A model generated the notes under the pieces. The model did no database searches, had not been told where the DNA came from, and was given only the letters and a program-made list of their open reading frames with translations. 64,000 nucleotides of DNA, taken from NCBI GenBank assembly GCA_964637955.1, contig CAZWXQ010000002.1, forward strand, positions 135,782-199,781, written 5' to 3'. Both the position numbers and the translations under genes were made by a program. Shown here piece by piece: positions 58,486 through 64,000 of this stretch. Positions within the stretch are counted from its first letter, which is position 1; every line of letters starts with the position of its first letter. This stretch comes from an uncultured Gammaproteobacteria bacterium (GTDB lineage: Bacteria; Patescibacteriota; Microgenomatia; Levybacterales; UBA12049).

Positions 58486-59517
58486 ATGTCCCAAGGTGTT
58501 GAGGCAGGCTTTACCCCAGACCTTATTAGAGAAGCTTCACCTAGCGCCGACCCAATTCAAATTGATGTTTATACGCATCCTTCTATGGAAGTAATTAGAG
58601 AGCCGTTTAAATACTCGCTTCAAGAAAAAATTTTCCAAGAATGGGCGCATCTTTTAGGTGATGATTTTAATACGTATATGAATCTTGATGTTTTTAGAGA
58701 AAAAGCTGAGGAAGTGGTTGCATTATATAGTATGACTGAAAATTTTGATCAGGAAACATTTGATAGAAAAATGGCATATTTAAAGATCTCAGCATTAAGT
58801 ATTGCAACATCAATGGGGAGAGATGTATATGAGATTTGGGATAGGAAATTAACAGAAAAAATGCAAGAAAAATACGAACCAAATGCATTTACAAATATGA
58901 GGATGAGAGGATTTAGTATTGATGAAACTAGAGAATACTTAAAAGATTTATATAATCGAGGAATTGAATACCAGATGGTTGAAGTTGAAATTCCTGAATC
59001 AGAACAAGAGGCAAGAAGGCATAGGGCTCCTTCTTTCCCAGATGAATTGCAGGATTTTGCAGACACTTGGCAAAGAGCTGCATTTGGATCAGATTTAGAA
59101 AATAGCGATAGGATCCCCGTTATTATTGGCGAAGCATACGAATTAATGGATGAATTTAAGGATTTATCAGAAAATGAAATAAACGATTTGTCGGAAGGAG
59201 CAAAAGCAGATTTAATTTTAGGGGAAATTGCCGATGTTTTAATTGCTGCTGATGGATATTTTTCGGCAAAAGATATTGAAGTTGGAGCTCATCAGACAAT
59301 GGCATTTAAAAGAATGATCGACACTTATGGAGATCTTCCTAAATTAAGAAGGCTAGGTGTTCCAACAAGATATGCGATGCACTATCTACACGACACAAGA
59401 CATAGGATTGAAGAAGGTAAAAAGCCCAAGCCATCGCCTGTTCCAGGTTATAAGCCATTTTTTAGACAGATTGCGCAGCAGCAAGGACTAGGTTATGCAT
59501 CAGGCATGCTACATTAA
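58486..59517 (+). CDS. Protein with C-terminal MazG-like NTP pyrophosphohydrolase domain
   Basis: LQDFADTWQRAAFG...IIGEAYEL...LGEIADVLI; AGGAGGG SD. Confidence 0.65.
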   Translation: MSQGVEAGFTPDLIREASPSADPIQIDVYTHPSMEVIREPFKYSLQEKIFQEWAHLLGDDFNTYMNLDVFREKAEEVVALYSMTENFDQETFDRKMAYLKISALSIATSMGRDVYEIWDRKLTEKMQEKYEPNAFTNMRMRGFSIDETREYLKDLYNRGIEYQMVEVEIPESEQEARRHRAPSFPDELQDFADTWQRAAFGSDLENSDRIPVIIGEAYELMDEFKDLSENEINDLSEGAKADLILGEIADVLIAADGYFSAKDIEVGAHQTMAFKRMIDTYGDLPKLRRLGVPTRYAMHYLHDTRHRIEEGKKPKPSPVPGYKPFFRQIAQQQGLGYASGMLH

Positions 59518-60271
59518 CTGGTCCTACGCCACCTAAGGTTGGAGTGTATAATTTGACCTTATTTTGAACATCTTCTTCGCTATAATCTCCTTTTAATTTT
59601 CCATCTTCTAGAAAAAGTCCAACTCCGATTAAAACTTGATTTTGATTAAGGACTTCAGGTTTCAATACGTCTCCTCTACCTACTGCGGAAATAATTATAT
59701 CAGCCTTTCTTATAAGTTCATTTGGGTCTGGAGTTTGACTATCAATCACATCAAATGTAACTTCCATTTTATCTAGAAGTTTGATGGTAGGTCCGCCTGC
59801 TGTTTCACCCTTCCCTATTACAGCGATTTTTTTATCTGAAAGATCACTTAAGCCTAAGGAATTCAAAATCTCGATTACTGCTAGAGCTAGCGGAGCATCA
59901 AATTTAGACTCATTATTAAATCCATCAACATCTTTTTGAACACTTACTGAATGGGAGATTTTATCACGATCAAATGAATCTGGAAGTGGGCGCTGTGTAA
60001 TAATGCCATGAATAGAGGGATCATTATTGAGTTTAGAGATTAATTTTAATAAGTCTTTTTCTGATGTGGACTCGAAATGAAATAGTTTAATTTCAGCACC
60101 AATCTCTTCTCCTTTTAACTTTTTTTGCTTAATATAAGAATGTGATGCTGCATCATTGCCAATTAAAATAATTGCAAGAGTAGGAGTGACTCCTTTTTGT
60201 TTGAGTTTTTGAACTTCAGGTTTGAGGTTTTCTAAAATTTCAGAGGCAATTTGTTTACCGTCTATCTTCAT
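59462..60271 (-). CDS. folD: Methylenetetrahydrofolate dehydrogenase/cyclohydrolase
   Basis: IDGKQIA, HGIITQRPLP, KDVDG, GGVGP. Confidence 0.93.
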   Translation of the reverse strand: MKIDGKQIASEILENLKPEVQKLKQKGVTPTLAIILIGNDAASHSYIKQKKLKGEEIGAEIKLFHFESTSEKDLLKLISKLNNDPSIHGIITQRPLPDSFDRDKISHSVSVQKDVDGFNNESKFDAPLALAVIEILNSLGLSDLSDKKIAVIGKGETAGGPTIKLLDKMEVTFDVIDSQTPDPNELIRKADIIISAVGRGDVLKPEVLNQNQVLIGVGLFLEDGKLKGDYSEEDVQNKVKLYTPTLGGVGPVNVACLMHNLVLAAAQSV

Positions 60272-60292
60272 ATTATTGAATCGAGCTGGAAA

Positions 60293-62758
60293 TTATTCGA
60301 CACATGTTATGGCTGCAACGCCGTCACCGTTTTTGCTGAATCTCATTAAGATCACACCTTGTGTAGCTCGAGTAAGTTTTGGAATAGATTCTATATCAAG
60401 TTTCACAACCTGGCCTTTGTGAGAAGTTATGATGACTTCGCGGCAGTTTGGAGGAATAATCTGGGAGGCTGCTACCTTACCCGTTTTATTCGTTACTTCA
60501 GCTATTTTTACTCCTTGTCCTCCTCTGCTTTGAGCATTAAATTCGTTTATTAATGTCTTTTTGCCATATCCATTTTCAAGAATGGTAAGAAGCATCAAGT
60601 TAGTGCTTTTATCTACAACGTCCATTCCTACTACTTTATCATCACCTGTAAGTTTTATTCCTCTTACTCCCATTGTTGCGCGTCCCAACGGTCTTACTGA
60701 CTTCTCAGAGAATCTAATACTCTTTCCATCTCTTGTATAAACTAAAATATCATTATCTCCGGTTGTAGGGTTGCTCCAGACTAACTCATCGCCTTTATCG
60801 AGCTTGATTGAAGCGATTCCGCTTCTTCTTATGTTTTCAAACTCACTCATTGCGGTTTTCTTAACGGTTCCTTTTCTCGTAGCTAAGAATACATATTTAA
60901 ATTTAGCTGTTTTGTTATATGTAATAAACGATTCAACTTTTTCTCCAGCTTCAATATTTATTAAGTTAATTACAGCTGTCCCTTTACTGGTTCTTGAGCT
61001 TTCGTCAATCTCATACGCTTTTGTTTGGTAAACCTTCCCTTTATTTGTGAAGAAAAGGATATTGTCATGAGTTTCTGTGTATCTTATATGAAGTATTCCA
61101 TCTTCATCTTTGGTTGTCATGCCTTTAACTCCTACGCCACCTCTTTGCTGAGTTCTGAAAGAAGTCATGCTTTGTCTTTTAATGTATCCTGTTGTTGTTA
61201 AAGTAATAACGGTTGGTTCATTTGGAATTAGATCCTCTTCTGAAAATTCTCCCACTTTGCCTTTATAAACTTTCGTTCTTCTGTCATCTGCGTATTTATC
61301 TTTGAGATATGCTAACTCATCTTTAATTACTTCTAGAATTTTTTCAGGGTGAGCCAAAAGATCTTCTAGATAAGCTATTGTTTCTTTAACCATACTGTAC
61401 TCATCTTCAATTTTTTGTCTTTCAAGAGCAGCAAGACGTCTTAGCTGAAGGTCTAAAATAGCTACTGATTGAATCTCAGAAAGTTTAAATTTACTCATCA
61501 AGTTGTTTTTTGCATCTTCTTGAGTCTTACTCTCGCGAATTGTTTTTATAACTGCATCTAGGTTTTCAACAGCGATTTTAAGTCCTTCAAGAATGTGAAG
61601 TCTTGCTTTTGCTTGCTTAAGCTCAAATTCAGATCTCTTTTTTACTACCAGATATCTATGCTTGATATATTCTTCAAGAATTGTTTTAAGGTTTAAGGTT
61701 TGAGGTGTATTGTCTACGAGAGCAACGATATTAGATGAAAATGTTGTTTGAAGCGCAGTATATTTAAACAAACTATTAAGGATTCTTTTTGGAGTTGCAT
61801 CTCTTTTAAGTTCTACTACAACTCGGATTCCATGTCTATCTGATTCATCTCGAAGATCTGAAATTCCCTCAATCTTCTTTTCTTTAACAAGCTCTGCGAT
61901 TCTTGCAACAAGAAGAGCTTTGTTAACTTGATATGGAAGCTCTGTGATAATGATTGCGCTTTTTCCTTGACCAATTTCTTCAATATCTGCTTTTCCGCGA
62001 ATTAGTACTTTGCCTCGTCCTGTGGAATACATATTTTTAATTTCTTCAGCATCGTAAATAGCTCCAGCTGTTGGGAAATCAGGTCCTTTTACGAACTGGA
62101 GTAATTCATCTACTGTGACATCTGAATCTGCAGAAATTTCTGGTTCTGTTGTGATTTTAGTCTTCCCGATCATAAAGTTTACGGCATCAATTATTTCGCC
62201 TAAATTGTGTGGGGGAATCTTGGTAGCCATTCCGACAGCAATTCCTTCACTTCCCATAAGAAGAAGATTTGGAAGTTTTGCTGGTAGGTAATTTGGTTCT
62301 TTTTGAGTTGCATCGAAATTATCTATAAAATCTACAGTTTCTTTTCCTATATCCTCAAGCATCTCAGAAGTAATGGCAGCCATTCTAGCTTCTGTATAAC
62401 GCATAGCAGCTGGCGGATCCCCATCCATACTTCCAAAGTTTCCCTGCCCATCAATTAAGGGATATCTCATTGAGAAATCTTGCGCAAGACGAACCATAGC
62501 ATCATAAATAGGTACATCTCCATGAGGATGATACTTTCCCATAACTTCTCCTACTACAGTTGCGCTTTTTTTATATTTCGCACTATGAGTGAGGCTAAGT
62601 TCATGCATGGAAAAGAGAATTCTTCTGTGAACTGGCTTGAGTCCGTCTCGAACATCTGGGAGCGCACGGGAAACAATAACAGACATGGCGTAATTTAAGT
62701 ACGCCGATTTCATCTCTTTTGTAATTTCTGTCTGTTGAAGTCTTCCTATATCAGCCAT
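60293..62758 (-). CDS. gyrA: DNA gyrase subunit A
   Basis: [29 protein letters not shown], GyrA-box QQRGGVG, beta-pinwheel repeats. Confidence 0.97.
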   Translation of the reverse strand: MADIGRLQQTEITKEMKSAYLNYAMSVIVSRALPDVRDGLKPVHRRILFSMHELSLTHSAKYKKSATVVGEVMGKYHPHGDVPIYDAMVRLAQDFSMRYPLIDGQGNFGSMDGDPPAAMRYTEARMAAITSEMLEDIGKETVDFIDNFDATQKEPNYLPAKLPNLLLMGSEGIAVGMATKIPPHNLGEIIDAVNFMIGKTKITTEPEISADSDVTVDELLQFVKGPDFPTAGAIYDAEEIKNMYSTGRGKVLIRGKADIEEIGQGKSAIIITELPYQVNKALLVARIAELVKEKKIEGISDLRDESDRHGIRVVVELKRDATPKRILNSLFKYTALQTTFSSNIVALVDNTPQTLNLKTILEEYIKHRYLVVKKRSEFELKQAKARLHILEGLKIAVENLDAVIKTIRESKTQEDAKNNLMSKFKLSEIQSVAILDLQLRRLAALERQKIEDEYSMVKETIAYLEDLLAHPEKILEVIKDELAYLKDKYADDRRTKVYKGKVGEFSEEDLIPNEPTVITLTTTGYIKRQSMTSFRTQQRGGVGVKGMTTKDEDGILHIRYTETHDNILFFTNKGKVYQTKAYEIDESSRTSKGTAVINLINIEAGEKVESFITYNKTAKFKYVFLATRKGTVKKTAMSEFENIRRSGIASIKLDKGDELVWSNPTTGDNDILVYTRDGKSIRFSEKSVRPLGRATMGVRGIKLTGDDKVVGMDVVDKSTNLMLLTILENGYGKKTLINEFNAQSRGGQGVKIAEVTNKTGKVAASQIIPPNCREVIITSHKGQVVKLDIESIPKLTRATQGVILMRFSKNGDGVAAITCVE

Positions 62759-62850
62759 AATGTTAGTTATTAGTAACTAGATATTAGATATTAGTTTGTA
62801 GCAGGTTTGCATGAAACTCAACTATATAACTAGTATCTATTATCTAATTT

Positions 62851-64000
62851 CTAAATTAGATATGCGGCAATAAGTAATGCTACGATGTTTAGAACCTTAA
62901 TCATTGGGTTAATTGCTGGGCCTGCTGTGTCTTTATATGGGTCTCCGACTGTGTCACCTGTTACTGCTGAAGCATGCGCAAAGCTTCCTTTTCCTCCGAG
63001 ATTTCCTTCTTCAATATATTTTTTAGTGTTATCCCAAGCTGCTCCACCTGTGGTCATAGAGATTGCAACGAATAGTCCAGTTACAATTGCTCCGATAAGC
63101 ATCCCACCAAGAGCAAGAGGTCCGAGTAAGAATCCAACTACGATTGGGGCAAGTACTGGAATTAGAGCTGGGAAGATCATTTCTTTTAATGCAGCTGTAG
63201 TTACAATATCAACACATTTGGCATAGTCAGGAAGTGCTTTTCCTGTCATGATGCCTTTAATATCTTTAAACTGACGTCTTACTTCCTCTACAAGTGAAAC
63301 GCTTGCTTTTCCTACAGCTTCCATAGCAAGTGCTCCAAAGAAATAAGGCAAAGCGCCTCCTATGAATAATCCAATAATTACAGCTGGATCAGTAAGGCTA
63401 AATGATGCAGATGTAATGTTGCCACCTAATTTTTTTAGCTCTTCAGTATATCCTGCGAAAAGAACTAATGCAGCGAGTCCAGCTGAACCAATTGCATAAG
63501 CTTTGGTAACAGCTTTAGTTGTGTTGCCTACAGCATCAAGTGGATCTGTAACATTTCTTACTTTTTCTGGAAGTCCTGCCATTTCTACGATTCCACCTGC
63601 ATTGTCAGTGATTGGTCCGAACGCATCAATTGCTACAACGATCCCGGTCAGTGAAAGCATAGACATCGCTGCAATTGCTATTCCATAAAGACCAGCCAAT
63701 TGATATGCAATTAATGTACCTGCTGATATGAGTAGTATAGGCGCTAAAGTTGATTTCATAGAAACTGCGAGTCCTGCAATTACGTTGGTTCCTGATCCAG
63801 TTGATGAAGCCTTAGCTATAGTTTTAACAGGGCTGAATTTTTTTGAAGTATAGAATTCTGTAATTACTACCATGCCAATTGTGATAACTAGTCCAATGAT
63901 CGTCGTGATAAATAAATTAAGTGCACTGATATTCCCTAATCCTTGAGGGAACATATATTTGGTAAGGAAATAAAATCCTACAAGCGCAAGAACTGCTGAG
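62851..64000 (-). CDS. hppA: Membrane-bound H+/Na+-translocating pyrophosphatase (5' part outside window)
   Basis: [43 protein letters not shown]. Confidence 0.95.
   Translation of the reverse strand, partial: SAVLALVGFYFLTKYMFPQGLGNISALNLFITTIIGLVITIGMVVITEFYTSKKFSPVKTIAKASSTGSGTNVIAGLAVSMKSTLAPILLISAGTLIAYQLAGLYGIAIAAMSMLSLTGIVVAIDAFGPITDNAGGIVEMAGLPEKVRNVTDPLDAVGNTTKAVTKAYAIGSAGLAALVLFAGYTEELKKLGGNITSASFSLTDPAVIIGLFIGGALPYFFGALAMEAVGKASVSLVEEVRRQFKDIKGIMTGKALPDYAKCVDIVTTAALKEMIFPALIPVLAPIVVGFLLGPLALGGMLIGAIVTGLFVAISMTTGGAAWDNTKKYIEEGNLGGKGSFAHASAVTGDTVGDPYKDTAGPAINPMIKVLNIVALLIAAYLI

Overview
AT-rich bacterial chromosome segment using the standard code. Gene content and order (rpsF-ssb-rpsR-S41-HtrA-murB; NIF3-efp-MFS-Lgt-RluA-LytR_C-TPR-yebC; short RF1; H+/Na+-PPase) point to Patescibacteria/CPR, probably Microgenomates (inference). 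The housekeeping backbone (ychF, glmS, glmU-like, yvcK, prfA, rpmE, hisS, dnaB, efp, murI, xer, folD, gyrA, hppA, tRNA-Leu) is interleaved with stand-alone orphan genes. Most orphans have their own -10 box a few nt before the start codon and an acidic/Pro-rich N-terminus. No prophage, transposase, CRISPR array or reverse transcriptase was seen. Main signals not explained by the gene list: (1) a ~1.3 kb non-coding locus at 50.5-51.75 kb with about a dozen TAGCYTCRAA-type boxes at 10/22-bp spacing, a 20-bp inverted repeat pair, dif-like sites, a perfect DnaA box and a perfect palindrome, lying near a gene-orientation switch and a single Xer recombinase; (2) duplicated gene-end and promoter scars with mainly synonymous differences flanking orphan genes; (3) a variant glmS ribozyme; (4) a GC-rich island of SD-led single-TM microproteins; (5) in-frame palindromic insertions in ychF and several intergenic hairpin arrays; (6) a >1190-aa ORF missing from the ORF track with a split SAM-methyltransferase domain. 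All family calls come from motif recognition by eye; no database searches were run.
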